DNA from: an uncultured Methanoregula sp.
Lineage (GTDB): Archaea; Halobacteriota; Methanomicrobia; Methanomicrobiales; Methanospirillaceae
Direction: 5' to 3'
Assembly (NCBI GenBank): GCA_964574125.1
Contig: CAZNLI010000005.1
Span: 431-64,430, forward strand
DNA length: 64,000 bases
Under the pieces are notes generated by a model. That model saw nothing but the letters and a program-made list of their open reading frames with translations, ran no database searches and had not been told where the DNA came from. The translations under genes were made by a program, and so were the position numbers. Positions 16,213 through 25,634 of the stretch are shown piece by piece; the stretch's first letter is position 1, and the number at the start of each line of letters is the position of its first letter.

Positions 16213-18618
16213 TCAGTCACTCCCCTTCTTCTCCCCGCCCTGGAACTTCCGGACCGTCTCGCCGATCTCCTGCAATCGCTTATCGACGAGATAGTTGACG
16301 GTTCCCTCCGGGAAGGTCCCGTCTGGACGGCGCGCACCTGCGGCAACTCCGGTGAGGACTTCGATCCCTTCGTCGATCGTGCTGACCGGCCAGATGGTAA
16401 AATTCCCCTTTTTCGCCTCCTCAAGGATCTCTTCTTTGAGCATCAGGTTCTGGATGTTGCTTGCCGGGATGACTGCCCCCTGCTCCCCGGTGAACCCTCT
16501 GGCTTTACAGACCTCGAAGAACCCTTCGAGTTTCTCGTTTACCCCCCCGATAGCCTGGACTTCGCCGTTCTGGTTTACCGACCCGGTGACGGCAAGCGAC
16601 TGTTTCAGCGGGAGCCCGGAGAGTGCCGACAGGATCGCGTACAGTTCGGTACTGGACGCCGAATCCCCGTCAACTCCCCCGTAACTCTGTTCGAAGACGA
16701 GCCGTGCAGTAAGCGTGAGCGGTTTTTCCCGGGCGAACTGGTTCGAGAGGTACCCGCCAAGGATGAGAACCCCCTTGGTGTGGAACGGGCCCGACAATTT
16801 TGCCTGCCGCTCGATATCGACGACGCCTTCGCGCCCCACCCCGATACTTGCGGTCACCCGGGACGGCCGCCCGAACGCATAATCCCCCATCTCCATGACC
16901 GACAGGCCGTTCACCTGCCCGACCTTTTTGCCCGCCGTATCCAAAAGAAAGATCCCCCGCCCGATATATTCCTGGATCTTCTCCTGGATGAGGTTGGACC
17001 GGATGATCTTCTCGTCGATTGCCCGGGTGATGTGGGCGCCGGTGGTGATGCGTGCATTCTCCTGCACCGCATAGAAATTCGCTTCCCGGATCAGGTCGGC
17101 AATTGCCGCGAACCGGGTGGAGAGTTTTTTCTGGTCGTCCGCGAGCCGGGACCCGTACTCCACGACTTTGGCAACGGCGCTCCGGTCAAGGTGCCTGAGG
17201 TTGAACCGCTTACACAGCGTGCAGATGTATGCCGCATATTTCCTGGCGTTTTTATCGTCCCTTGTCATGACGGTATCGAAATCCGCCCGCACCTTGAAGA
17301 GCTCGGGATACTCGGGATCTCCCCCGTGGAGGATCATGTTAATATCCGGGGTCCCGATCAGGATCACTTTCACGTTGAGGGGGACGGGTTTTGGGCGGAG
17401 TCCCCGCACCACGATGAACCCTGCCCGCTCGCCCGGCTCCTCAATGCCGATCTTCCCCGTCCTGAGTGCGGTCTTGAGCCCTTCCCAAGCGAACGGATAC
17501 CGGAAGAGGTCCGGCAAGGGAATTACGAGGTATCCGCCGTTGGCCTTGTGCAGCGAACCGGCCCGGATCATGGAGAAGTCGGTTGTCACCATCCCGAACT
17601 GGACCTCGCGCTCGGTTTTTCCAAGGAGGTTTGGGTAACTCGGGTTGTCCTCGTACACCACGGGCGCCCCGGTCAGGCCGTCATTATCCACGAGCACGTT
17701 GACCTCGTATTTCCTGAAGGCGGAATCTTTCCCGGGCCACTGCGGGAACTGGGGCGGTGCCTGCTGCTGGTCGGTTCCAAGGAAGGCCCCAAAATTTTCG
17801 AGAATGTCTTTTTTTATTGCCCCGATATATGCATCGACCTCCCCGTATTTCCCGTACTTCTCTTTCAGGACGGCGAGGAGATCGCCAATCGCGTAGAGCG
17901 CGATCTCGTTGTTGAGCTTTGTGATCGCCTCCATCCCGTTCATATCAAGGTCCCGTATCTTCCGGAACCCGTTCCGGAGATCGGCATCGAGTATCTCCCG
18001 CTTCTGTTCGATCTCTCTCTTCTTTTCGGGAGGGAGGGCGGCGAACTCCTCTTCCGTGACGGACTTACCGTCAACGAGGGGATAGACAACAAGCCCCGTC
18101 GGGCTCATCTGGAGCCCGAATCCCTGCTTTGCGGCGCTCTCGTTGACCTTTGCAAGGATCTCCTCCCGGTCTTTCCCGAACTTCTGGAATACTTCCTGCC
18201 GTTTCGTCGCATAGTCCTCGCTCTCGAATGCCTTGGGGAGCGCTCGTTTCACCCCCTCGATGAACGAGGAGATGTCGTTTTTGAACTGCGTGCCCTGCCC
18301 GGGCGGGAGCCGGAGGGCGACGGGTTCGTACTGGTTCTCGAAGTTGTTGACATATACCCAGTCGTCTGCCCGGGGCTTGGTTTTCGCCAGTTCGTCAAGG
18401 AACTTCTTTACCGCCGTCCGCCTTCCGGTCCCCGGAATCCCGGCAACATAGATGTTGAAGCCGGCCTCCCGGATCTCAAGGCCAAACAGGAGGGCTTTTT
18501 TTGCCCGTTCCTGCCCGATGATCTCATCGGAAGGTTCGGCAGCCTCGGTTGTATCACATGCGACCTGTTCCGGGGAATAGACTGCCCGGTAATCACTGAC
18601 GGGTAATTTACTGATCAT
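16213..18618 (-). CDS. Lon-like protease, COG1067/LonC-type with degenerate AAA-like module
   Basis: C-terminal Lon protease domain ('GGVDGDSASSTELYAILSAL', 'TGSVNQNGEVQAIGGVNEKLEGFF'). The P-loop reads GIPGTGRRT (Arg in place of Lys), followed by a long helical insertion, and there is no hhhhDE Walker B ('GGYLVIPLPD'). Start taken at MISKLPV (ATG 18618) within track ORF 16213..18795. Confidence 0.85.
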   Translation of the reverse strand: MISKLPVSDYRAVYSPEQVACDTTEAAEPSDEIIGQERAKKALLFGLEIREAGFNIYVAGIPGTGRRTAVKKFLDELAKTKPRADDWVYVNNFENQYEPVALRLPPGQGTQFKNDISSFIEGVKRALPKAFESEDYATKRQEVFQKFGKDREEILAKVNESAAKQGFGLQMSPTGLVVYPLVDGKSVTEEEFAALPPEKKREIEQKREILDADLRNGFRKIRDLDMNGMEAITKLNNEIALYAIGDLLAVLKEKYGKYGEVDAYIGAIKKDILENFGAFLGTDQQQAPPQFPQWPGKDSAFRKYEVNVLVDNDGLTGAPVVYEDNPSYPNLLGKTEREVQFGMVTTDFSMIRAGSLHKANGGYLVIPLPDLFRYPFAWEGLKTALRTGKIGIEEPGERAGFIVVRGLRPKPVPLNVKVILIGTPDINMILHGGDPEYPELFKVRADFDTVMTRDDKNARKYAAYICTLCKRFNLRHLDRSAVAKVVEYGSRLADDQKKLSTRFAAIADLIREANFYAVQENARITTGAHITRAIDEKIIRSNLIQEKIQEYIGRGIFLLDTAGKKVGQVNGLSVMEMGDYAFGRPSRVTASIGVGREGVVDIERQAKLSGPFHTKGVLILGGYLSNQFAREKPLTLTARLVFEQSYGGVDGDSASSTELYAILSALSGLPLKQSLAVTGSVNQNGEVQAIGGVNEKLEGFFEVCKARGFTGEQGAVIPASNIQNLMLKEEILEEAKKGNFTIWPVSTIDEGIEVLTGVAAGARRPDGTFPEGTVNYLVDKRLQEIGETVRKFQGGEKKGSD

Positions 18619-18795
18619 GATCGTCACCAGCCGGTTCGAAGCGGGTTTGCCGGCAGATGGAGCACGGGGAAATAAAAACGTAGTGATCCCGCCAGTTAAA
18701 AAGCCGGGATCGCATTCATGTAATGGCACTATCCAGATAAAGACCGGATCTTGCTGGATTCTCTTGATCAGCGTGCATTTTCCGGGCCGGAACAA

Positions 18796-18822
18796 GTTCT
18801 TTAAGAAAAAAAAAGAAAAGCG
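18796..18822 (-). terminator. oligo-T terminator of the 18826..19413 gene
   Basis: The minus-sense CTTTTCTTTTTTTTTCTTAAAG run begins about 7 nt after the TAA stop. Confidence 0.55.
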
Positions 18823-18825
18823 GAT

Positions 18826-19413
18826 TTACTGCCAGGCGTTCAGTTCCATCTTCGCGGAACCCTGGGAACTTGTTGTCTCCATCTTGATCAGGGGTTTGTC
18901 CCTGACAATCCAGTAGGTGGCGGTGTTCCCTTCGATCGTGGCTGTGTATTTATCTGCCGTGAATGTTCCTGCCGGGACAGTAACAACTTCAGTACCGACT
19001 CTGACAAACTTAACATCGGAACTCACTTCGTTGGGATCGTTTGACGATGTCGTACTGCCTGTAGAACTGCAGTCCATCTCTGTTGGCATGCCCGCCGGGA
19101 CGTTTGCCCCTTCAAACCTCATAGTACATTTTTTGGTCTTCAGGTTGTACTTGTAATAGACGGTCATCTGGTCTGCCCCCGCCCCCGATGTCATCTTGTA
19201 TTCGGTCCATTCATACGATACGGTGCCAAAGATATCGTTCCCGGATAATGTATTGCCGGCTGGTGCTGCAGTTGTTACCTGTGCAGCAGGTACACCTGGT
19301 GTTGCAGTCGTTGCTGATGTTGCAGTCGTTGATCCGGATTGACCGGTACACCCAGCGAATGCAACAGCGATAACCATAATTAAAATAAGTCCATAACTCA
19401 ATGAAACCTTCAT
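18826..19413 (-). CDS. putative lipoprotein (hypothetical)
   Basis: Start at MKVSLSYGLILIMVIAVAFAGC (lipobox-like), preceded by GGAGGAG. A Thr/Ala-rich linker is followed by a beta-rich domain. Confidence 0.7.
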   Translation of the reverse strand: MKVSLSYGLILIMVIAVAFAGCTGQSGSTTATSATTATPGVPAAQVTTAAPAGNTLSGNDIFGTVSYEWTEYKMTSGAGADQMTVYYKYNLKTKKCTMRFEGANVPAGMPTEMDCSSTGSTTSSNDPNEVSSDVKFVRVGTEVVTVPAGTFTADKYTATIEGNTATYWIVRDKPLIKMETTSSQGSAKMELNAWQ

Positions 19414-19624
19414 GATAACCTCTCCTCCAAAACCGTTAATCACTATGATCTTTCCAGTGGACAACGGCCGGATCGTGTGATCCGTCTGTATTTCTCATAT
19501 GGTAATTATTAACTTTTGCGGAATTGACAACCATCGCAGACTTATGGTGCATCATCCGGTTCCGGACAATCATGTACGACCGATGAACGGATAAGGCAGG
19601 ACTTCACTAATTCTAGAAGAACAT

Positions 19625-20161
19625 ATGGATCCAGCAAAAAAATTCATGGCACCCCGTCAAATTCGCATGATTTTTGTTCTCAGCCTCTTTCTTCTGGCAG
19701 GTCTTGTATGGAGTACACCTGTCAGCGCAGAAACCGTCGGGGCCGGCATCTCCACCGGACCCGCAAAGGCATGCCCATCCCCGGGCTGCACCTGTATGCC
19801 CGAGGGCCAGGCGGAGGCGCTGGGGTATGTCCGCTGTTCTGCAAGCGAGACACCCTGTTTCAATGACTCTTTCAACCGGCCCCTCTATTGTTTCGGGCCG
19901 CCCGGGGATACCTGCGGGTCTTCCGGTTGTAATGCGACCGGTCCGGGATCGCAGGCACCGGACGGAGCGGGGTCGGAAAGATTTACCCTCGTAATCACGA
20001 TGCAGGAGACCGTTGCCGCGGATGCCTCCTGCACAGGTACGGGTGGGGATGTATGTGCCTTGCCGGAAGCAGCGCCAGTGACCCTCGCTCCTTCACCTGC
20101 CGCAGCGAACGCGTTCTCTGCTGTCCTTGACTTCTTCCGGTCCCTTTTTGGCATGGGCTGA
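19625..20161 (+). CDS. Cys-rich secreted protein (hypothetical)
   Basis: Signal peptide (IRMIFVLSLFLLAGLVWSTPVSA) and 11 Cys in the mature part (CPSPGCTCMP...C...PC...C...C..GC). Confidence 0.55.
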   Translation: MDPAKKFMAPRQIRMIFVLSLFLLAGLVWSTPVSAETVGAGISTGPAKACPSPGCTCMPEGQAEALGYVRCSASETPCFNDSFNRPLYCFGPPGDTCGSSGCNATGPGSQAPDGAGSERFTLVITMQETVAADASCTGTGGDVCALPEAAPVTLAPSPAAANAFSAVLDFFRSLFGMG

Positions 20162-20281
20162 ACAATTCCGCAGCCCCCCTGCATCCTTTTTTACTGGCAC
20201 AGTCTACCGGAATACAGGAAATGCGGGCTCCCGGTTTTCCCGGAATGATGGCCGGGGGTTCGTACGGGTGGGGCTGTTGCC

Positions 20282-21346
20282 ATGACAAAGAATTCCCATA
20301 AACCGAAACGGAGAACAGGGCTGCCGCCCGGCACCCTCATCCCCCCGGCAGGTTCCCTCAACGGGGAACCTTCCGTCATAACCATCATCGATTACGATCC
20401 CGACCGGTTCCAGGAAAAGACCGTCTCGTCGCTTGAGGAATGCCTGCCGTTTAAGGAGACCGAGACGGTCACCTGGATCAATATCGACGGCCTGTCCGAC
20501 ACCGGGCTCATCGGGCAGATCGGCAGGAGTTTCGGCATCCACCCGCTCATCCTCGAAAGCATCCTCAACACCGGCCAGCGCCCCAAGATCGAGGACATGG
20601 ACGCGTACATTTACGTGAACCTCAAGATGCTCCAGTACCTCGAACCCGTCCAGAAGGTGAAGATCGAGCAGGTCAGCCTGATTATCGGCAGGAATTACAT
20701 CATCTCGTTCCAGGAGGATGTCGGGGATGTCTTCGACCCGGTCCGGGAACGCATCCGGAAGGACGGGAGGATCCGGAAGTTCGGCACGGACTACCTTGCC
20801 TACGCCCTGATCGATGCGATCGTCGACAACTATTTCTCCGTCATGGAATCCCTCGGTGAGCAGGTCGAACTGCTCGAAGAGCAGCTTGCAAGCAACCCGT
20901 CTAAGGACATGCTCATCAACATCCACATCCTCAAAAAGGACATGATCTACCTGCGGAAATCCGTCTGGCCCCTGCGCGAAGTCATCTCGGGGCTCGAACA
21001 TTCGGACAATCCCCTGATCCGGGACGCGACCCGGATCTACCTCCGGGACGTGTACGACCACACGATCCAGGTGATCGACACCATCGAGACGTTCAGGGAC
21101 ATGGTCTCGGGCATGATCGACATCTACCTCTCGGGCATGAGCATGCGGCTCAACGAGATCATGAAAGTCCTCACGCTGATCGCCACCATCTTCATTCCGC
21201 TCACCTTCATTGTCGGGATCTACGGCATGAACTTTGAGTACATGCCCGAGCTCTCGCACCCGTACGGGTATTATGCCGTCTGGGCGGTCATGATCCTCGC
21301 AACAGCGGCGATGCTCTGTTATTTCCACAAAAAGCAATGGATATGA
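20282..21346 (+). CDS. corA: magnesium/cobalt transporter CorA
   Basis: C-terminal two TM helices with the signature 'YGMNFEYMPEL' (GMN motif). Typical CorA length. Confidence 0.93.
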   Translation: MTKNSHKPKRRTGLPPGTLIPPAGSLNGEPSVITIIDYDPDRFQEKTVSSLEECLPFKETETVTWINIDGLSDTGLIGQIGRSFGIHPLILESILNTGQRPKIEDMDAYIYVNLKMLQYLEPVQKVKIEQVSLIIGRNYIISFQEDVGDVFDPVRERIRKDGRIRKFGTDYLAYALIDAIVDNYFSVMESLGEQVELLEEQLASNPSKDMLINIHILKKDMIYLRKSVWPLREVISGLEHSDNPLIRDATRIYLRDVYDHTIQVIDTIETFRDMVSGMIDIYLSGMSMRLNEIMKVLTLIATIFIPLTFIVGIYGMNFEYMPELSHPYGYYAVWAVMILATAAMLCYFHKKQWI

Positions 21347-21430
21347 TGGCGCCTCTTCGGATCCCGGAAACCGTGCCCTTTTTCCAAGCGGTGTGCCGGG
21401 CAACGTCCGGCATTCCGGAACGGTGACCCC

Positions 21431-21805
21431 ATGACGAGGAAGAGCAGCCTTTTTATCCGGCAGTCTGTGATCGGGCTCGGTTTCCTGTCCGGGATCTTCA
21501 CCGCAATCGGGATCGACCCGCAGGACGAGATCATCGGGATCGCCGGCAGTGCGGTGACTGCCGTCTGGCCGGATCCCAAGGTCAGCTACCTCTTCCTCGT
21601 TCTCCCGACAATCCTCCTCCTCGTCTCCATCTATACGGCGTACCGGCTGGGCGGGATCGTCGGGCTCGTATCGGTTGTTGTGGCGTATTTTTCGGGCATT
21701 GCCGTTTTTTCGTCGCCCGCTGCCGCTGCCCTGCTCCTTGGCATTGCCATCGTTCTTGGGTACTGTGCCACGAACCGGCGCTTTAAAAAGAAAGTCCGTC
21801 TCTGA
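21431..21805 (+). CDS. small membrane protein (hypothetical)
   Basis: 124 aa, 3-4 hydrophobic helices, basic C-terminus. No recognisable family. Confidence 0.55.
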   Translation: MTRKSSLFIRQSVIGLGFLSGIFTAIGIDPQDEIIGIAGSAVTAVWPDPKVSYLFLVLPTILLLVSIYTAYRLGGIVGLVSVVVAYFSGIAVFSSPAAAALLLGIAIVLGYCATNRRFKKKVRL

Positions 21806-21852
21806 CCGACTGTGCCCTATAAATTCAGGCACGTCCAAAAAATTAGGCAACA

Positions 21853-22596
21853 ATGAGCCTTCCAGCAAAAAAGAATCTCATCTGGTTTTTCGATGCAATC
21901 GCCCCCTCCCGGTACCTGCTCCGGTTCCGGCAGATGATGGTGCTCGATGCCGTTCCCGGCTACGATATCGCGACACGGGGGAGGATCCCCCTCTACGGCT
22001 GTGAACGGAGAAAGGTGTTCACCAAATCCTTAAAACAGATCCGGTACGATACCGATCTTTTGCTGGAAGACATCGAAGCCTACCACCTCTATATGGCGGC
22101 ACGGTGCACGCAGAAGGTTCCCGGGGATATCGCGGAGGTCGGGGTCTACCGCGGGGGCTCGGCAAAGATCATCTGTTCGGCAAAGGGGGACCGGAACCTC
22201 CACCTGTTCGATACCTTCGAAGGGCTGCCCCGGGTGGACAAGATCGACGAGGTCTGGCCGTTCTACGAGGGGAAGTTTGCCGCACCCTTTGACGAAGTAA
22301 AAAAATATCTCTCGGACGAACCCGGGGTCTTCTTCTACAAGGGGATCTTCCCGGATACTTCCGGACCGGTCAAGGACCTGCACTTCTCCATGGTCAACCT
22401 CGACGTGGATACGTACGAGAGCACGAGGCAGTGCCTGATCTTCTTCTATCCCCGGATGAGCCGCGGGGGCATCATGATCTCCCACGATTACATCAATGCC
22501 CCGGGGGTCACCAAGGCATTCGACGAGTTCTTTGCGGATAAACCCGAGCCGGTAGTCGAGACGGCAGGATCCCAGTGCTTCGTCGTGAAAGTATAA
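21853..22596 (+). CDS. TylF/MycF-family class I SAM-dependent O-methyltransferase
   Basis: 'GDIAEVGVYRGGSAKII', 'LHLFDTFEGLP', 'VNLDVDTYEST' and 'GGIMISHDY' match the macrocin-O-methyltransferase family layout. Confidence 0.8.
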   Translation: MSLPAKKNLIWFFDAIAPSRYLLRFRQMMVLDAVPGYDIATRGRIPLYGCERRKVFTKSLKQIRYDTDLLLEDIEAYHLYMAARCTQKVPGDIAEVGVYRGGSAKIICSAKGDRNLHLFDTFEGLPRVDKIDEVWPFYEGKFAAPFDEVKKYLSDEPGVFFYKGIFPDTSGPVKDLHFSMVNLDVDTYESTRQCLIFFYPRMSRGGIMISHDYINAPGVTKAFDEFFADKPEPVVETAGSQCFVVKV

Positions 22597-22642
22597 AAAA
22601 AAAGAATTTCCTTTTTTTGATTTTTTAAGTTTTTTCTTCCTT
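22597..22642. terminator. bidirectional T/A-tract terminator between convergent genes
   Basis: AAAAAAAAGAATTTCCTTTTTTTGATTTTTTAAGTTTTTTCTTCCTTTT provides oligo-T runs on both strands. Confidence 0.6.
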
Positions 22643-22822
22643 TTAGTCTTTTATGATCAGGATGCCAAAGAGGATCAGGCAGAGCCCGGCCAAAAGGACG
22701 ACGATGCCGATAAGTCCCTTCACAACGGCGATCACATCCGGGAGAAACACCCAGACCCCCCAGATCCCTGCGGCAGCGAGCACAAGCCCGATGACCAGTG
22801 CAGCAATTCCCGTCTTGTCCAT
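22643..22822 (-). CDS. 59-aa two-TM small membrane protein (hypothetical)
   Basis: Minus-strand ATG 22822 to TAA 22643-22645: MDKTGIAALVIGLVLAAAGIWGVWVFLPDVIAVVKGLIGIVVLLAGLCLILFGILIIKD. Just below the ORF-track cutoff. Fills an otherwise empty gap. Confidence 0.5.
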   Translation of the reverse strand: MDKTGIAALVIGLVLAAAGIWGVWVFLPDVIAVVKGLIGIVVLLAGLCLILFGILIIKD

Positions 22823-22873
22823 GATTTGTAAAACCTCCTTTCCTGAATCCAGATGATCGTTCTTTCCGGGATC

Positions 22874-24019
22874 CTATAAGTTTTTAGATCCTGCGCCCGC
22901 GGGCCCGGCAGGATCTCTCCGCCATGTTTTCCACGGATACGGGACGAGAGCCATCAGGATTACAGCAATGATGCATGGGATCGGGATCGTGCCAAGGGCT
23001 GCCGCAAGCGAGTAGTTGTCCGCGATAATCCCGTTCACGGCAACCCCGAGACCCCCGAACCCGATCGCAACCCCGAGCATCATCCCCGATGCGAGCCCGA
23101 CGTTCCCCGGCATCAGCTCGTGTCCCATGGCGACGGCAACGGCGAACGTCGACCAGAGGCAGAACCCGAAGATAAGGATGGCGAAGATCGACAGGATCCC
23201 GGAGGTGAAAAAGAAGAGGTAGAATGACGGCACCGCACCTGCAAGACCGAGGATGAGGAACTCCTTTCTCCCGATCCGGTCGGATACCTGGCCGCCGACA
23301 ACCTGGCCGGCGACTCCTGCGAGAAGCATGAAGGTGGTAATTGTCGTTGCGGCAATGAGGCTGTAGCCCTGCTGGACAAGGTACGACGGGAGATAGGTCA
23401 TTGCCGCAAAGATCGCCCATGCCCGGAAGATGGACGCGGCAAGCAGGACGAGGAACGGCCGGATCGGGGAACGGACGGTCTTTACCGGTCCGGGATCCGG
23501 TATCCTGCAGGTCGTAAGGCCGGCGGGAAGGAGCACCCGGAGGGCAACGGTCATGAAGAGCGCCGGGATGATGAGGAGCAGGAGCCCGGGTAACCCGAAC
23601 CACCAGACCACGACCCCGGTCAGCAGCGGGCCGATCGCATAGCCAAGGTTTCCCCCGACAACAAAGTACGAGGTGATCCTGCCCCGGTTTTCCGGGGAAC
23701 AGAACCGGCTTACAAGGCTCAACGCGGTCGGGTGGAAGCAGGCATGCCCGAGCGCGGCAAGGATGGCAAAAGCCATGAATACCATGTAGTCCCGGGTGAT
23801 GCCCATGAGGGAGATGAAGACTGCCGAGATCAGGAGGCTTATGCTCACGCTGATAGAGAAACCCCTGGTATCGGAGAGCCAGCCGACAACCGGCTGGGTA
23901 AATGACGACGTGATGTTGTACGCTGTGATAAGGAGCCCGGCTGCAAAGTACGAGTACCCGTTCGTTGCGATGAGCAGCGGCAGGATCGCCGGGAGCACCG
24001 GCATGTAGATATCCGTCAC
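22874..24019 (-). CDS. MFS transporter (Fsr-like N-terminal motif)
   Basis: About 11-12 TM helices. 'FTQPVVGWLSDTRG' loop motif between TM2 and TM3. The GTG start at 24019 falls inside what looks like TM1. Confidence 0.85.
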   Translation of the reverse strand: MTDIYMPVLPAILPLLIATNGYSYFAAGLLITAYNITSSFTQPVVGWLSDTRGFSISVSISLLISAVFISLMGITRDYMVFMAFAILAALGHACFHPTALSLVSRFCSPENRGRITSYFVVGGNLGYAIGPLLTGVVVWWFGLPGLLLLIIPALFMTVALRVLLPAGLTTCRIPDPGPVKTVRSPIRPFLVLLAASIFRAWAIFAAMTYLPSYLVQQGYSLIAATTITTFMLLAGVAGQVVGGQVSDRIGRKEFLILGLAGAVPSFYLFFFTSGILSIFAILIFGFCLWSTFAVAVAMGHELMPGNVGLASGMMLGVAIGFGGLGVAVNGIIADNYSLAAALGTIPIPCIIAVILMALVPYPWKTWRRDPAGPAGAGSKNL

Positions 24020-24075
24020 GAGGTGCGCAGCGGCAAGGCCGGCGACCGGGCTTGCTGCACCGTCCGCACCTCCGG

Positions 24076-24690
24076 TTACCGGTTTCTCGTCAGCCGTAGT
24101 ATCTCGACCTCGATCTCCTGCACATCCCGGGTATGGAAGGAGAATGTTTTTCTGATCGGCAACCGTCCGCCAACGACCTCGTCGATTGTCGCCCGTGTCG
24201 CCGTGAAGGATTCGATGAACTGCCGCGAGCCGGCGTTGAAGATGCCGTAGGTGACCGGGGCGGTTTTCAGGGCGAAGTCGATGAACGGGCGATCTGCATG
24301 GACTTTCTGGGCCCCGAAGGGCGGGTTCATGACAACAGTGTCAGATCCCCCGGCCTGCTCCGGCAGGGCAGGGTCGTTCACGTCGCCGGCGATGAACCGG
24401 ACTTCTGCACCGAGAAGGGCTGCGTTCCGTTCCGCAACCTTTACCGCATCCGGGTCGATCTCGATGCCGATGACATCGTCAGCCCCGAGCAGGACAGCCC
24501 CGATTGCAAGAACGCCGGTGCCGCAGCCGGGATCGCAGACGGTCTTCCCCCCGATATCTCCCCGCATGTGCGCATGGAAGAGGAGCCGGGCGGCAAGCGG
24601 TGCGGGCGTCGGGTACTGTTCGAGGGAGGCACGCGGGCGGTCAAATCCCGCAAGCCGCTGCAATGCCATCTCGAGCTGCTTCAGTTTCAT
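24076..24690 (-). CDS. METTL5-like / COG2263 N6-adenine RNA methyltransferase
   Basis: SAM motif 'VCDPGCGTGVLAIGA', catalytic 'NPPFG'. Start at MKLKQLEMAL (ATG 24690), ATGA-overlapping the Dph2 stop. Confidence 0.85.
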   Translation of the reverse strand: MKLKQLEMALQRLAGFDRPRASLEQYPTPAPLAARLLFHAHMRGDIGGKTVCDPGCGTGVLAIGAVLLGADDVIGIEIDPDAVKVAERNAALLGAEVRFIAGDVNDPALPEQAGGSDTVVMNPPFGAQKVHADRPFIDFALKTAPVTYGIFNAGSRQFIESFTATRATIDEVVGGRLPIRKTFSFHTRDVQEIEVEILRLTRNR

Positions 24691-25634
24691 GGGATTTCGT
24701 CGATTGCGTAGTCGTCCCATTTCCGCACGCCGCAGAGGATCTCAAACTCCGGCGGGGAGAGGACCGGGACCGAAAACCGGCCCTGGTCGTCGTAGGAGAG
24801 CCGCGGGCAGGCGGTGTTGACATAGGCATCGAAACCGAGGTTAAGGAGTTCGTCGGGAGAGACCTCCCGCACGAGAATGATCGTTGCCCGTGGGTGGAGC
24901 GCGGCAAGCCTGCGGGCGAGTTCCATCCGCTGCTGCCCGCTCTTTGAGGAGACGATGATCCCGATGCCGGCCGCACCTTTCGCCCGCTCGATCAGCGCGA
25001 AGCGTCGCCGCATGAGGGCGTCGCCGTCAACCTCACGGGCTGTTCCGCTCAACGGGTCAAGTGCGATCACCCGGGCGCCGGTGGCAAGCGCGACGCCGAT
25101 CGCATGGAAGAGCCCGGTTGCAACAACGAGGATCTCGGAAGCGCCGGAGTTTTTTGCCGCGGCAAAGCTGCACCCGAGCACCTGTCCCCGTAGGGGCGTC
25201 CGCCCGCTACCTTCCATGACTGCGACGCGGACGCCATGCTTCTCCAGCCGTCGCACCATGTCGGGAACCTGATGTGCATGCTGGACGGTGGTGACAAGCC
25301 CGGTGACCGGGCCTTTCAGGAACGGCACTGCCTTGTCAAGGACACCGGGATCGATCTCCACCAGGTACGGCAGGAAGATGACGTTCTTCCGGGAATCGAC
25401 CGGCGCATGGCCGATATGGACGATCACGTCGGCATATTCGAGCGTGTCGAGCGCAAGATCGCAGGCGCCGTAGCAGGGATCTCCGCTGACGATGACGGAA
25501 AAGCCGGCTTCCCGGAGCGACCCTGCAAGCCCGGCCGCCTTCCGCTTCAGGCCTTCCGGTACCTGGATCGCGACGGTTGCTGCCTTTCGCTCTTTCAGGT
25601 CTCTGATAAGGTCAGAGATATCGTTCAACCACAC
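24687..25634 (-). CDS. dph2: 2-(3-amino-3-carboxypropyl)histidine synthase (diphthamide synthesis Dph2)
   Basis: 'VAIQVPEGLKRKA', 'GDPCYGACD', 'VHIGHAP', 'GQVLGCS' and 'VNTACPR' are Dph2 hallmarks including the Cys ligands. Start set at GTG 25634 (or TTG 25628) just upstream of the hpt stop. Confidence 0.85.
   Translation of the reverse strand: MWLNDISDLIRDLKERKAATVAIQVPEGLKRKAAGLAGSLREAGFSVIVSGDPCYGACDLALDTLEYADVIVHIGHAPVDSRKNVIFLPYLVEIDPGVLDKAVPFLKGPVTGLVTTVQHAHQVPDMVRRLEKHGVRVAVMEGSGRTPLRGQVLGCSFAAAKNSGASEILVVATGLFHAIGVALATGARVIALDPLSGTAREVDGDALMRRRFALIERAKGAAGIGIIVSSKSGQQRMELARRLAALHPRATIILVREVSPDELLNLGFDAYVNTACPRLSYDDQGRFSVPVLSPPEFEILCGVRKWDDYAIDEIP

Noticed and set aside
16168-18606. 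812-aa plus-strand ORF
   Set aside because: It is exactly antisense to the Lon-like protease gene. Its composition is dominated by D/E/R/P/G/L, typical of a high-GC shadow frame. The minus-strand product has clear protease and AAA-like motifs.
20204-21868. 554-aa minus-strand ORF
   Set aside because: It is antisense to corA and the following membrane-protein gene. Its translation is low-complexity and D/E/R/G/P-rich with no motifs. CorA on the plus strand carries the GMN signature.
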